Assembly: GCA_003427395.1 (NCBI GenBank)
Contig: BFEA01000003.1
Coordinates: 9,647,271 to 9,711,270, forward strand
DNA: 64,000 bases
Source: Chara braunii
Taxonomy: Eukaryota; Plantae; Charophyceae
Reading direction: 5' to 3'
In this document: in pieces, positions 23,619-36,540 of the stretch
Layout of the letters: every line of letters starts with the position of its first letter
How positions within the stretch are numbered: position 1 is the first letter of the stretch
Translations under genes and position numbers: made by a program
Notes under the pieces: model-generated
The model's database searches: none
What the model was told of the DNA's origin: nothing
The model's input: only the letters and a program-made list of their open reading frames with translations

Positions 23619-24813
23619 TGTTGCATACTAGTGAATCCTTCACCAAGTATGGGCAGAACCAAAGATCGACCAATATAGGATGAGCATGTATACAGCGGAA
23701 GTCTGGGAAACGGACTGACTCACATAGACTAAACTCACCCAAACATCACTCAACACACAAGCAATCGTGAGATGATGGGGTCTGAAGCCATACATAGATG
23801 ATGCTTCAGGCCCCGTCAACCATACACAGATGAATGGTGGGAGGAGAGACGATGGAGGGGGGAGATATGGACAGCGCCAGATGTCACCGAGATAGAATCC
23901 AGAAGGTCACCGATATGGTAGCTCAAAATGTCATCGAACAAAGTCATATTGTCGTGGACATAAGTCACCAATGTCGGAGGTACAAAATCCTAATGTAACC
24001 GATGCCCGATCTGTGATGCCGCCAGGTATCAATCCCAACCGTCTCCAATGTCTCGAATCCGATAAGTATCACAGCCTCCTACCACCGAAGTCCAACCACT
24101 GATCTTTGTCCAACTCGTATCAATAGTCTCCAGTCTGAAGAAGAAAAAGAAGAAGTCTGAAGAAGAAGGAAAAGTATGAAGAAGAAGAAGAAGAAGAAGA
24201 AGAAGTCTGAAGAAGAAGAAGAAGAAGAAGTTTGAAGAAGAAGACTGAGAGGGGAGGCAGAGAGTCGGGGGAGATGGCGAGTAGCCTCAGGCCTAACCTG
24301 CGTCTGCAAGATGGCGCCTTGGCTGATGCGGGAGCTGGGCTGCGCCGCTGGGAGCTATGGTGCTCGCGGTACTCCATGTAAGTCTCCCTCCTCGCGTCCC
24401 TTTGCTGCAGTGCGCTAAACTTAGCGCTGCAGCTCCAACCGCGGCGCTGAACCAAGAATAGCGCAGCTTGGTGCCTCATGTCGTACTGCCTCTCCAACCT
24501 GCTGGAATGGCCGTTGGACCAGCCTAAGTGCCGTTCGGAGGCCGGTCGGCTTCTATGTTGCCTTCCTGCGTCGTGATTTGAATCGTCCACAATGATGGTT
24601 CAGATCAGACCGGCGGCTGGCAGCCTAAAGGGCGCCGCCAGGCCCAAACAGTAATATTGTTTGGGCCGACCGTGGTCTGCTGCAGGCGCCAACCGGTGGC
24701 CTCGAGGGCCTACCAAGAGAAAAAAGGTCCGGCCTTGGTTGGGTCAGCCTAGGTACCCCCCGTCCGGTAGTGTCAGGCCTGCAAGGGCCCGTGTGAAGTC
24801 GCAGTATGTAACA
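23619..24813 (-). repeat. 3' LTR of element C (expanded GAA tract)
   Basis: Direct repeat of 31396-32521; ~70 bp longer because of (GAA)n at 24136-24243. Confidence 0.95.
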
Positions 24814-24826
24814 CACTCCCCCCCTT
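24814..24826 (-). promoter_or_regulatory. Polypurine tract of element C
   Basis: AAGGGGGGGAGTG on the minus strand immediately before the 3' LTR. Confidence 0.85.
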
Positions 24827-24879
24827 AAAGGACCGAGCTACCTACGAGGGCGAAGTTGTCTGTCCGATACCTGGGTGGG

Positions 24880-27800
24880 TCAGGTGGGACGAACTTTGTC
24901 CTTGGCAAGTCGCCGGTTCTCGTAGTCGGAGAAGATGAGTGGTGCAGATGCCTGTAAATCTGCGCAGGAGATCCAGCATGTGTCATCAGGGGCACATTGC
25001 TTGAATGTGACTTGGCATTGCATTGGCTTGTTGCCATACTTGCGATGCGTGATGACACGGTCAACTTCCTGATGTTCGTCCATAGAGGGTGGATCCTGTG
25101 ATCGTCGCCCCGGAAACTCATCCTCGGAAGGTGGCGTATACACGGCCAGCTTCGACGCATGGGAAACCGGGTGCACGCGAAGGTGCAGTGGGATGGCAAT
25201 CACAAAGGAAGGGCCAGCAGGGTCGTCGCCTGCTGCAGAAATTACCTTCCATAGTCCAAACCATTTCGGGAGGAGTTTGCGCGAGACGTCTTGCTCCAGC
25301 GCGAATTCCTTGGCGAGGGCCCAAACAAGGTCTCCCTCACGGAAAGGACATGGGAGTCAACGTCGGTTAGCTTGCTGCTGCATGCTGATTTGAGCCTTTT
25401 GCATGTTCGCGCGGGCTTTGATCAGCAAGTCCCGGTACTTCCGAACGAAAGCAGGAGAGCAAGCGACGTCGATGTCGGCGGCCCGTGGTAGGAGAAGATC
25501 GGCAAAGACTCAGGCTTTCTCTCCACCGTGATGCAACTCGAATGGAGTGATGCAGATCGCCGGGTGCACCGAAGTGTTATAGGCGAACGCGATGTCGGGA
25601 AGCCGGTCAACCCAATCTTTCTGGTCGGGACGGTTGAGTGTACATAACATCATTTGAGCGGTCTGATGTGCTCCTTCCGACTGCCCATCCGTCTGCGGGT
25701 GCCGTGCGGAACTCGGCTTCATAGCCGAACCAGACTCCGTTATGAGGGAGGTCCAAAAGGCTGACATGAAGCGAGTGTCTCACGATGTCTTCCGGAACAC
25801 CGTGGCAGGTAATCCAGCCGGTGTGCGAGAGTCGTGCGAGCTCGGGGGCTGTAGCACGGTACTTGCATGGAAGAAAATGAACATACTTGCTCAAACGGTC
25901 AACGACCGTGAGGATGCCGTCATGACCGAGGCGATCGCGGGGAAACGGGCCTGTAACATCCATGGCAATGGAAAGGCGCAGTGCCCGAGGGATTGGCATC
26001 GGTTTCAGTTCGCCATAAGGGACCTGAGATCTACCTTTGTTACGATGGCAAACTGTGCATGACTCAATGTACCTCATGGCATCGTGAAGAACGTCGAGCC
26101 AGTGAAAACGTTGGCGAAGGCGGGCCAATGTGCGGGCCACGCCGAGGTGTGCCGAAAGTTGTGCGTCGTGGAATTCGCCAAGGAGGCGAGTCCGTAAGAT
26201 GCGATCTTGGGGCACCACTAGCAAGTCCTTTCCTATCGTGTGGAGGAGTAAGAACCCGTCGGAGATACGATAGTGACCAGCCGGCGGGTGATCCGACGGA
26301 AGCTTCGCGTAGAACTTGGAGTATGTCGGATCGGACATGTAGTCGTTGACGAAGTGCTGCTGCAGATCGTCGTCGACCTGGAACGTCGTAGTCACTAGGG
26401 CACAAAAATCGGGCCATCGTGAGAGGGCGTCTGCTGCTCGGTTGGTGGGACTGGGAATGTGGCATGGGTCAAAGTCGAACTGGTCGATGTAATACATCCA
26501 TCGACCGATCGTGCTAGTGACCGTGTCTTGCATTTTGTAGTAGGTCAACGGATTGTTATCCGTGTTCCATTTAAAACGCCGGCGACGGAGAAGAAAGTGG
26601 CGCCACCGTTTGAGAACGGTGACGAACGCGAGTAACTCTTTCTTCCTAGCGTCGTGGAGAGTGTTGACGAGAGGCACCTTTTGGGAGAAGTACTCGACCG
26701 TGTGCCAACCATCTGGGTGGCATTATTCTAATACCACACTAATATCGTGTCCGGAAGCATCGATAGTCACTTGGGTGGGTAGGGTGGGGTCATAAATACG
26801 GAGGGCCGGTGCGTCTTGCATTGCCGCCTTCAACGTATTGAACGCGCCACGAGCTGCATCGTCGAACTCGAATGGTACCTTCGGGGACTGAAGTCTTGAC
26901 AAAGGAGCTGCCACTTTGGAGTAAAACTCGACGAAGCGTTGATAGTATCCAGCCAAACCCATGAAAGAGCGCACGTCCGTAGTGCAACAGGGTTCTGGCC
27001 AATCCACGATGGCTTGGATGTTGTCCGCTAAGGGACGAATGCCTTTCGGCGTCACATAGTGGCCTAAGTACTCAAGCTCTTGTTTGGCACTTGTCGCGGT
27101 TTGCTTTGTACTTGGCTGCTCGCAAACAATCCAAAACCGCACGAAGGTGTACGAGGTGCTCGTCAAGCGTCCGGCTATAGACCAAGATATCATCGAGGTA
27201 GATGAGGAGGGTACGATCGAGCAAGTCTCGGAACTCCGTTGTCATGGCTGCTTGGAAGGTTGTCGGGGCATTGGTGAGTCCAAATGGCATCACGACCCAC
27301 TCAAAGTGCCCATACCGCGTTTTGAAGGCGGTCTTGTACCGGTCTTGAGGTTGGATTTCAATCTAGTGGTAACCCGACTTCAAGTCCAACTTCGAGAAGT
27401 ACTTAGCGCCGCCCAACCTCTCAAGGAGATCATCAATCTGAGGGAGAGGGCCGGCGTTCTTTATGGTTTGTGCATTAAGTTTTCTATAGTCGATGCACAA
27501 CCGTAGGTCCTTGTTCTTCTTCCAAACGAAGAGAACCGGTGCACCGTATGGCGAACAACTAGGGCGAATCCAGCCTTTGTCGAGGAGGTCGTCGAGTTGT
27601 GCGCGAAGCACCTCGAGTTCCTCTTCGCTCATGTGGTAAATGCATCCACGGGGAGGGACGGCAACCGCCTCGAGAGTAATCCCGTGACGTATGGGCCGAT
27701 CCGGAACCGTTCCGGTGGGAGCCTCGAAGACGTCTCCATATCCATCTAAGAGGTGAGTAATGTGTGGGTCCGATGGTGACACAGCTGGTCCGTCCATCGA

Positions 27801-28792
27801 GGGGAGGGCATGTAGGAAAACAACTCCCATCTCCTCTACGTCATTCTAAGCTATGGCGTCGCAAATCCTCACGACGGAAACCATGTGACAAGCAATCGAA
27901 GTGTGAGGAGTCATGACCGTACACGGGACTAACACTTCGTTCCAATCACGGATGTGAACGGTTCGGTCATGAAAGTTGACCGGATGGTCGGCGCTACGCA
28001 ACCAAGACATGCCTAGAATCATGTCGAACTTGGTGTCGAGGGTGTCGAAAGACACCGACTCGCACACAAGGGGCGCAAAGTACACCGGAACGCCGTCAAC
28101 GCATCGGTCAATTGACTTTTGCGTGCGGTCGTCCGCAAGTGTGACTTGCGTAGGTTGCGTCTTCCTTCNAACGCGGGGGCCGAGGCCCGCGCGGGCCATA
28201 AAGGCTTGGCTCATAAAGTTGCGAGACGCTCCGCAATCAATTAAGGCACTGCAGGTGGCCTTTCCAATTTGAATGCGAATATAGAGCAAAGGAGCGTCGG
28301 TCTCAACGTACCTTTGGGTGGCGTACTCGCGGTCAATCTTCGCAAGATAGGAGCGGAGATCGACAACCGCTACTTCGTCGTTCGTCAACGGAGTTGGTAC
28401 TGCAGCGTGCAAGGAGCGTAAATCTGCCATCAAGGCGTTACAATGCGGCTTTGGCAAGGATCCGGTCAAGGTAGAGGCATCTAAGAGAAGTCCTCTCTCG
28501 TGAGCGAATCAAGGTCCTTAAGCCTTGACCACGCTGTCGAGTCCTCGGAAATAAGTGGCGAACTAACCGGTTCGCTTGCGGACGGTGTACAAGCTACGCA
28601 TACGCTATCTAAGTGCACGTGGCTAGGTTGGTCCAATGGTGGCACCAGCTGGGCGACATAATCCTAGTATGTGTCACGAGAATCAGCGATTAACGCATGC
28701 TCCCCGACAGTGATATTGGTTGCTAGCAAGGCAACCGGTTCCGGCGGAGTGTGGAGAGGCGTCGCCCCTCTCCGTGCGGAACTTAGTTTCCC
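24880..28792 (-). pseudogene. pol: pol of element C (PR, RT, RH, INT, chromodomain), disrupted
   Basis: [57 protein letters not shown]. Confidence 0.93.
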
Positions 28793-30464
28793 GAGTTAGC
28801 TGGACGGGGTACCTTTGCCTTGCCCTTGTCCGGGCATTGTGCAGTAGTGTGGTTGACACTGTTGCACCAAAAACAATACCCATACCTTTGTTGAAGTTCG
28901 AATACTTCCTTGGTGATGTTGTACGCCATCCATGGTTGCTGCCCAGTCTCCGTCACTGTCGTCCCTTGTGTCGCCTTGTTCTTCCGAACCCTTTTAGGGG
29001 CGCTTCGGCGGGAGCGCTGCGACAACTCCTCCATCACTTGAGGAGGCTGTTGTAGCGTGGAGATCGGGTGATCCGTCAATGATCACCGCGTTGTTATGCG
29101 TCGGCCTTTGGTAGCCTTGCTTAGCCACATATTGCGGTTGGGACTGCCTTTCGTTGGTGGCCTTGTCATCCATTTGGATGACCAGGTTCGCACGGTCAAG
29201 GATGGCCTTGAATGAGGCATAGTCGTACTCGTTACCGAGTGCCGATCGCAGTCCTCCGCACGATCACGAAAAGAATTCAGATCGCAGGTTTGGGAAACTT
29301 AAGTCTAAACCGGGAGTGGTTACTATCTTCTGCCACTTGATCGTCCAGTCTCGTGTTGACATGTCCCCTTGCGAGCTGGAGTAGACCTCGTTCATGGCCG
29401 CCTTCACTACATTTCGGACCATGAATCGAGTGTGCCACATTTGCTCGAGCTGCTCCCACGTGATGTGTTTATGCAGGTCGGCGATGGTGGTTCCCAGATT
29501 GGCCGCCGTGTGGTTCATGAATGCCTGTGCTCCTCCAATGAGTTGGAGGTAGAGTGTTGTCATCATCAGGTAGTCCGACACGTGGTGGCAGGCTGCTTCT
29601 ATGATGAAGGCTTGCCACCATGCCAAAGCGTCTGTTTTGTTGTAATCATCAAATTTCCCGATGTTGAAGCATGGCATCTTGTATGCTTTTGAGGCGGCTT
29701 CCGGTCGTTCCTGCAGTTTGGTGATGCCCGTCTTGATGGCGGCCACCGTGCTGCTGATTGATGTCGGAGTGGTAAAGTCACCCAAATTGTCGATGATGTT
29801 GATGACATGGTCGATGCGCTCTCCGAGCTGCTTCGCTATGTCTGTCGTGCAGCCTGGTGTTGCTGAGGGCTTAGCCTCAATGCTGTTGATGCTTGTGATA
29901 GTGGATGCCAACAGTTGTTGCTGATGTTGTGCTGCTGCGCGGATGGCGGTTGTCAAAGTTGAAGACTCTCTCTGCTGAGTCTGTCTCAGCTGCCGTCCAG
30001 TGTGCACGTGCACTGTCTGCATCGTATTGTTCCACATTACCACCCTCATCATACACATCATTAAGTTAGCCAGGTTACTCCTCTCCACCTCCGCCAGTGT
30101 CGGATCCGCCTGCTCGTTCGTAGGCACAAAGATCATGCCTTGGAGTAGTGTTGTCCACTGATTCTCATTTTGAATCAAGGATTGCGTGCTGGCGGTGTTC
30201 CGCTTGTCTCGAGCCGTTGCATCAGCCTCAGCAGTCCGCTGAGCTTGGGCCGCCGTCTCTTGCACAAGCCACTAATGTTATGCTTTTGCTGCCTCTTGTT
30301 GTGCCTTTGCTGTGGCTACGACATCCGTAAATGACTGCACCCGTTGAAGGTAAGCTGCCAAAGTCTCGTGGTCCCCTTGGACCGGACAGGCGGGAAGGAC
30401 CCCTGTGGTGACCGGTACTGCACTGGGACTGGATGTCGCTAGAGTCGTTCTCCTGCTGAGTCAT
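28783..30464 (-). pseudogene. gag: gag of element C
   Basis: Capsid-like KFDDY..ALAWW region and CFWCNSVNHTTAQC knuckle ending NSGN*. Confidence 0.85.
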
Positions 30465-31380
30465 TGTTGCTGATACTTAGGCCGTGGAGGTAGCACAGAG
30501 TGGCTACGGACTGCGAGCCTGGCACTGCGTCGTGGTAGTGCCCCGGTGTCTTGTTCCGTTGACATCAGTATTGTTGATGTGGTACTTGGAAACCTCGGTG
30601 GTCACAAAGTACGGGGAGGGGAGGGAGGGTGGGAACAGGGTAGAACAGAACAATCAATCAACATACAGTCCCCTATCCCAATGTGGATTGGACTCCTAAT
30701 CAAAGAGAAAACAAAAATGAACTTTTCCCCCCCCGAACAATTTAATTACGAAAATGATAAATAAATAATAAGGAATAATGAATAATAATTAATCATCAAT
30801 CAATAAAAGTTAATAATTATCGATAACGAGTTTTAAATTGTCGGTAGATTAGGTGTCCGTTGAGATCACCTATGGTCTGGGAGTTCACCGTTGTTGGTGG
30901 ACTTCTCGGAAGTTGCAGTTTTGGGGTAAACGATTTCGGACAATCTGCGGACTGAAAAGAAGAATTTTCGGACAATTTGGAAAAGGAAAAACACTCGAAT
31001 TTTCAAAAAATGTGAAATTTCGGGAATTTCAATCTAAAATAGTCCGATTTTGAAAAGGCCGAAGTCCGCATTCGGAATTTCAACAATTAGGGGGGGGGGG
31101 GGAATTCGCGAAAATTTTGGACCTCAACCCTAATTTTCCGCGATTTCGCGGAATTTCCGGTTTATGGTTTCCAGACAACGCGAAATTTCCCTAATGCAGA
31201 AAACCGAAAAACTTTTATCGCAACCCTAATTCAATACCGAATTAAAACAGAATACCGAATTAAAAATAGAAGTTTCCAACTTGAATCTTCGATAGCAATG
31301 CATAACAAATTTGGAAAAAGACAATGCTAATTGATTCCCTAATGAGAATTAGCCCGTGAGCAGATCCACTTAATTGGTCT

Positions 31381-31392
31381 GCTCCAATACCA
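31381..31392 (-). promoter_or_regulatory. Primer-binding site (tRNA-iMet-like) of element C
   Basis: TGGTATTGGAGC on the minus strand, 3 nt from the LTR end. Confidence 0.8.
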
Positions 31393-31395
31393 AAC

Positions 31396-32521
31396 TGTTG
31401 CATACTAGTGAATCCTTCACCAAGTATGGGCAGAACCAAAGATCAACCAATATAGGATGAGCATGTATATAGCGGAAGTCTGGGAAATGGATTGACTCGC
31501 ATAAACTGAACTCACCCAAACATCACTCAACACACAAGCAATCGTGAGATGATGGGGTCTGAAGCCATACATAGACGATGCTTCATGCCCCATCAACCAT
31601 ACACAGATGAATGGTGGGAGGAGAGACGATGGAGGGGGGAGATATGGACAGCGCCAGATGCCACCGAGATAGAATCCAGAAGGTCACCGATATGGTAGCC
31701 CAAAATGTCATCGAACAAAGTCAGAATGTCATGGACATAAGTCACCAATGTCAGAGGTAGAGAATCCTCATGTAACCGATGTCCGATCTATGATGCCGCC
31801 AGGCATCAATCCCAATTGTCTCCAACGTCTCGAATCCGGTAAGTATCACAACCTCCTACCACCGAAGTCCAACCACTGATCTTTGTCCAACTCATATGAA
31901 TAGTCTCCAGTCTGAAGAAGAAGGAGAAGAAGAAGTTTGAAGAAGAAGAAGACTGAGAGGGGAGGCAGAGAGTCGGGGGAGATGGCGAGTAGCCTCAGGC
32001 TTAACGTGCGTCTACAAGATGGCGCCTTGGCTGATGCGGGAGCTGGGCTGCGCCGCTGGGAGCTATGGCGGTCGCGGTACTCCAGGTAAGTCTCCCTCCT
32101 CGCGCCCCTCTGCTGCAATGCGCTAAACTTAGTGCTGCAGCTCCAACCGCTGCGTTGAACCAAGAATAGCGCAGCTTGGTGCCTCTTGTCGTACTGCCTC
32201 TCCAACCTGCTAGAATGGTCGCTGGACTGGCCTAAGTACCGTTCGGCGACTGGTCGGCCTCTATGCTGCCTTCTTGAGCTGCGATCCGAATCGTCCACAA
32301 TGATGGTTCAGATCAGACCGGCGGGCGGCAGCCTCAAGGACGCCGCCAGGCCCAAACGGTAATATCGTTTGGGCTGACCCTGATCTACTATAGGCGCCAA
32401 CCGGTGGCCTCAAGGGCCTACCGAGAGAAAAAAGGTCCGGCCTTGGTGGGGCCGGCCTAGGTACCCCCCACCCGGTAGTGTCGGGCCTACAAGGGCCCGT
32501 GTGAAGTCGCAGTATGTAACA
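31396..32521 (-). repeat. 5' LTR of element C
   Basis: Direct repeat of 23619-24813. Confidence 0.95.
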
Positions 32522-32526
32522 GTGCA

Positions 32527-34628
32527 TCAGCCACTTTATTGTCCTCTCCCTTGATTGGATCAAGTTGATAGTCATACGTATCTATCACTTAAATCCACCG
32601 CTTAACTGCGTAAAAGAGTACAGGTTGTGTCTTAATACAACACAAAGTCTCATGGTCAGATCTCAAGTAGAAGAATTTTCCTAGGAGGTACTGTCTCCAA
32701 TGGACCAGCGCTCTATAGAGGGCATAGAGCTCATGGTCATACGTGGACTTTGCTAGCTTTTGAGACGGCATCTTCTTACTCATATACCCGATGGGTCTCA
32801 ACTTTGGCCCCTCCTTTTGCGCAAGGACCACGCCTATGCCATATTGGCTGACGTTTGTGGTCACAACAAATGGCTTAGCAGGATCCGGAAGTTTGAGAAC
32901 CTCGTAGTGTGCTAGAGCATACTTCAATTGCTTGAAGCTTGCCTCACACTCCTCAGTCCACTCCCAAGGGTGTCAAGTCGAGTTAGATCCATTAATGGGG
33001 AAGCTATAGCACTATAGTTTTTAACAAACGGGCGATAATAACCCGTCATCCCCCAAAACGATCGGACCTCAATAACAGTCGGAGGTTTGGGCCAATCTCG
33101 TATGCTGGTCACTTTGGCATCGTCCGGCCTCAACTCATCCGCGGAGATTCCATGACCCAAGTACAAGATCTTGGTGCGACCAAACTCGCATTTCTTCAAG
33201 TTTACCTTGTACTGGTGCTGTCTTAGGAGTCCTAGCACTATTTTCAAGTGCTCAGCGTGCTCCTCTACAGTCTTACTAAAGATCACGATATCCTCGAGAT
33301 ACACGACGATAAACTTGTCTAAGTATTCATGAAATATCCTATTCATGGTGTGCAGGGATGTCCCAGGGGCATTGCATAGGCCAAAGGGCATCACCACAAA
33401 CGCGTACAGACCATACCTAGTGTGAAAGGTGGTTTTGTGCTGGTCCTCAGGTCTAATGGCAATTTGATGGTATCCGGACTTCAGATCTATCTTTGTGAAG
33501 TACCGACATCCCTGCACTATATCCAATAAGTCATCGATGCGGGGTAGGGGCTCCGCGTTCTTAACGGTGATGGCATTGAGGCCCCTATAGTCAATGCACA
33601 TCCTTAAGGTACCTCCCTTCTTAGGGCAAATAAGACTGGCGCACCGTAAGGGGAGGTACTAGGCCGAATCCATCCCTTTTATGTGAGCTCCTTGAGCTGG
33701 CGGCGAAGCTCATCCAATTCCACAGGAGACATCTTAGAGATTCGTCCTCTAGGCACCTTAGCACCTGGGACAACCTCTATCGCATGGACTACCTCCCTTT
33801 CCACCACACCTGTGGGCTCCTAAAAAAGGTCGGAATATTGTGCGACGACTGATTCTATCTCTGGGGTGTTTTTATGGCCTCCCCTTTCTCAGAGACAAAG
33901 ACTAGATACATGCCCTCCTCGTGATTCAGCTTATAGTAGTTATAGAAAGAGGAGACACACATGCAGCCGTACTTTTCCACTAGACTGCTAGCTTTGAACT
34001 TGTGCAGTCTAACGGTTCTACCGTTGGGCAGCTTGTGTATCAACACCTTTCTATCCCAATCAAACTGAGGTTGAGCAACCTCGAGGTAGTACATGCCTAG
34101 CAGCATATCGAAGGGCAGTTCGTCGCTAACGAGGAATGAGATTTTGTGTCTCACTTCCCCTCCTCCATAAGAGAAGGGACAAACTACGTCCTTGACATAG
34201 TCTTTTACTACCATTTGGTGCTTGTTGGCTAGTGTAGAAGCTACAGTTCTGCTAAGCCACTGCACTTGGTCCCCTAAGCGCAGTTTGTCCACACAAGCAC
34301 AACTAATGAAATTCTATGTAGAGCCTATGTCTGCGAAGGCACCCACTTTGCGGCCACGTACATTGACTTCTACCACAAAATGTTCACCCTTACAACCTCT
34401 ACTGATCATCGCCTAAAAGTCTCTGGGGTCCTTCCCTGACCACTCAGTCTATAACTCTTCTAGGAACTCAAACGCATCTCTCAAACAGAGCGTCAATGAG
34501 TCTGAATGTGTCTGTGGGGCAATGTATGGGTCACTAGCCTTGGCCAACGCCTGAAGTGGGAAAGGCAACATTACCACTTCAGCACAAGTAAGAGCGGCTA
34601 ACACTCCTACTGGCCCGAGGTGTTTCCC
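32527..34628 (-). pseudogene. pol: Protease, RT and RNase H part of element B pol
   Basis: GAFADIGST, CIDYRGLN, YLEDIVIFS (degenerate YLDD), TTNVSQYGIG. Confidence 0.9.
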
Positions 34629-36540
34629 TGCGAAGTGCTCGCAGAAGCATTGTCAGGGTTCGAGGATAAGCCCACTACCGTTGGAGAGACTACCCTCGTG
34701 GTGACCTTCTTGCCTCGGCAAGTTCTTGATGTGTGGCCATAGTTGCTATAGTTCATGCATGTGTCCCTGGCAACTCGGTCCCTCCATACCTCGTAATCTA
34801 AACCAAGTTTTACCCATGCGGGTGTTCCTTGGTCGCCCTGACCCGTAGACCGGCCTACCTTCTTCTTCCCGGTCCCCCCAGCCTTTTCTTTGATAGGTGC
34901 CACGACTCCCCCATCCGAAGTCTCATTGGCCCCATCATGCTCTGTCTCATCCCCAAGATCTGAGAAGTCGTCAATTTCAATCATCTAACCATCATGGTCG
35001 ACGAATATTAATTGACGTTTCTTCTTACAGTCCTAGGTTTCTTCTTCCTACCATCTTCCTGACTTTGATGCGTGGACCCAAGCTTTGCCTCTATATCTAA
35101 GGCTTTCTTGCTGAAAGAGGCGAAGTTATGTTGGTCGATGTAGACTCCATCCACCAGCTTAGTCTTAACTTCTGCAGGCAGACACCTCAAGTAATCAGTG
35201 AGGAGTACCTGCTGGTCGTAGCGCACACCAGGTACCACGAGCAGACGTTCTACAGTGTTTGTGCGCTCGCGGACATTTTTGTACCTTTTGGCACAAAGTT
35301 TGTTGATCGCGTCGGTGGCCTTCTGAGCCCCTTGAGGTTCATGCCACCTATTGTACACAGTCCGTACGAAGTCCTCCAATGTTTGGGCCTGGGCCCATGC
35401 ATCAAAATTGTGACCGTTGCCCTGTTGCTGCACTAAGCCATTTAACCAACGTGCTGCCGATACTTCTAAAAAGGAGGCCGCAACTATAACTTCCTGCTCT
35501 GGCCTGGTGAGCTTGTGCCTCACATAGGTAGGCACAATCCTCACCCAGGTATCCAAGTCCTCGTCCTTCTTCCTGTCTCCAGACAAGGGCTTGGGACTCA
35601 ACAAGGGTATCTTGGGCATCCACTACATAGGTTGGACCTGCCCAGGCGATTGCTGCAGTTGCTGCATAGCCACTGATACAGGTTGCTGCGTGCTAACTTG
35701 AACCTGTCCAGACAATGGCACTGTAGCTGCCATCGTCCCCGATGGTACAAAAGAAGAGATAAGAACCGGACCACTAACTACTGGTTGACTACTTGAAAGA
35801 GGAATGCCATACATAGGTGAGAAAGAGGGCCCTACAGGGGACAACGTCACTGAGGGACCCGCGACCGAAGGGGGAGCAACAGTGTAATGAGGTTGTCTCA
35901 TCATCATAGGACGAGGAGCCTGCAGTGCAGCCAAAATTTGTTTCGGGCCTTTCACTAGTTCAGCCAACACTTCCTGCTGAACCACCTGCGTTTTCGCTAT
36001 GCAAAGCAGCGAGTTATGCAGCGCTTGCGTAGCAGGATCAAGTGTTGACTCATCTAATGCTTCTAATTTGCTTAGCTCCTGTCTCCAACTCCCTAGTCTA
36101 GCTTTTCTAAGTATAGCCCTTTGCCTTCTCTCCGTTGCCTCCCTCAGTTGCTTCGGTAACTCATTATGAAGTTCTTCTGCCTGGAGGATCTCATAATCAT
36201 TTGCTGAGAGTTGAGGTTGTTGGCTGACTTGCGAGCCAGCAGATTGACTAACCATACCTTGGGTACCCTGACTCGTTTCTGACGAAGAGCCCTTAGACAT
36301 GGCCTGTGACACTATGGAAGAAGTAGCCATAGTTGTGCCTGCGCTGACCTCGGTCCTAGGCCTAGCACTAGCTGCGGCTGCTCTTGCTCTCCACAATATC
36401 TCCCTTGCCCTGGCTTCCCTTCGCAGCCTCGTATTGTCTCCTGGACCTAACTCCTGGAAAGTGAGTGGACAACTGAGAGCGGTTCTACGAGTTACCCTGA
36501 GGTCTTCGACTAGTTCTTCCCTATTGACAGCTTCACTCAT
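34607..36540 (-). pseudogene. gag: gag of element B
   Basis: ORFs 35623-36540, 35008-35619 and 34607-34984; degenerate knuckle CMNYSNYGHTSRTC. Confidence 0.85.

Larger units (their letters stand above)
23619..32521 (-). mobile_element. Ty3/Gypsy chromovirus C, full length with both LTRs and 5-bp TSD GTGCA
   Basis: LTRs TG...CA at 23619-24813 and 31396-32521; GTGCA at 23614-23618 and 32522-32526; PBS and PPT present. Confidence 0.96.

Noticed and set aside
24120-24590. ~150-aa ORF also present at 31846-32298
   Set aside because: Lies in the LTRs of C, runs through a GAA microsatellite and has no recognisable domain.
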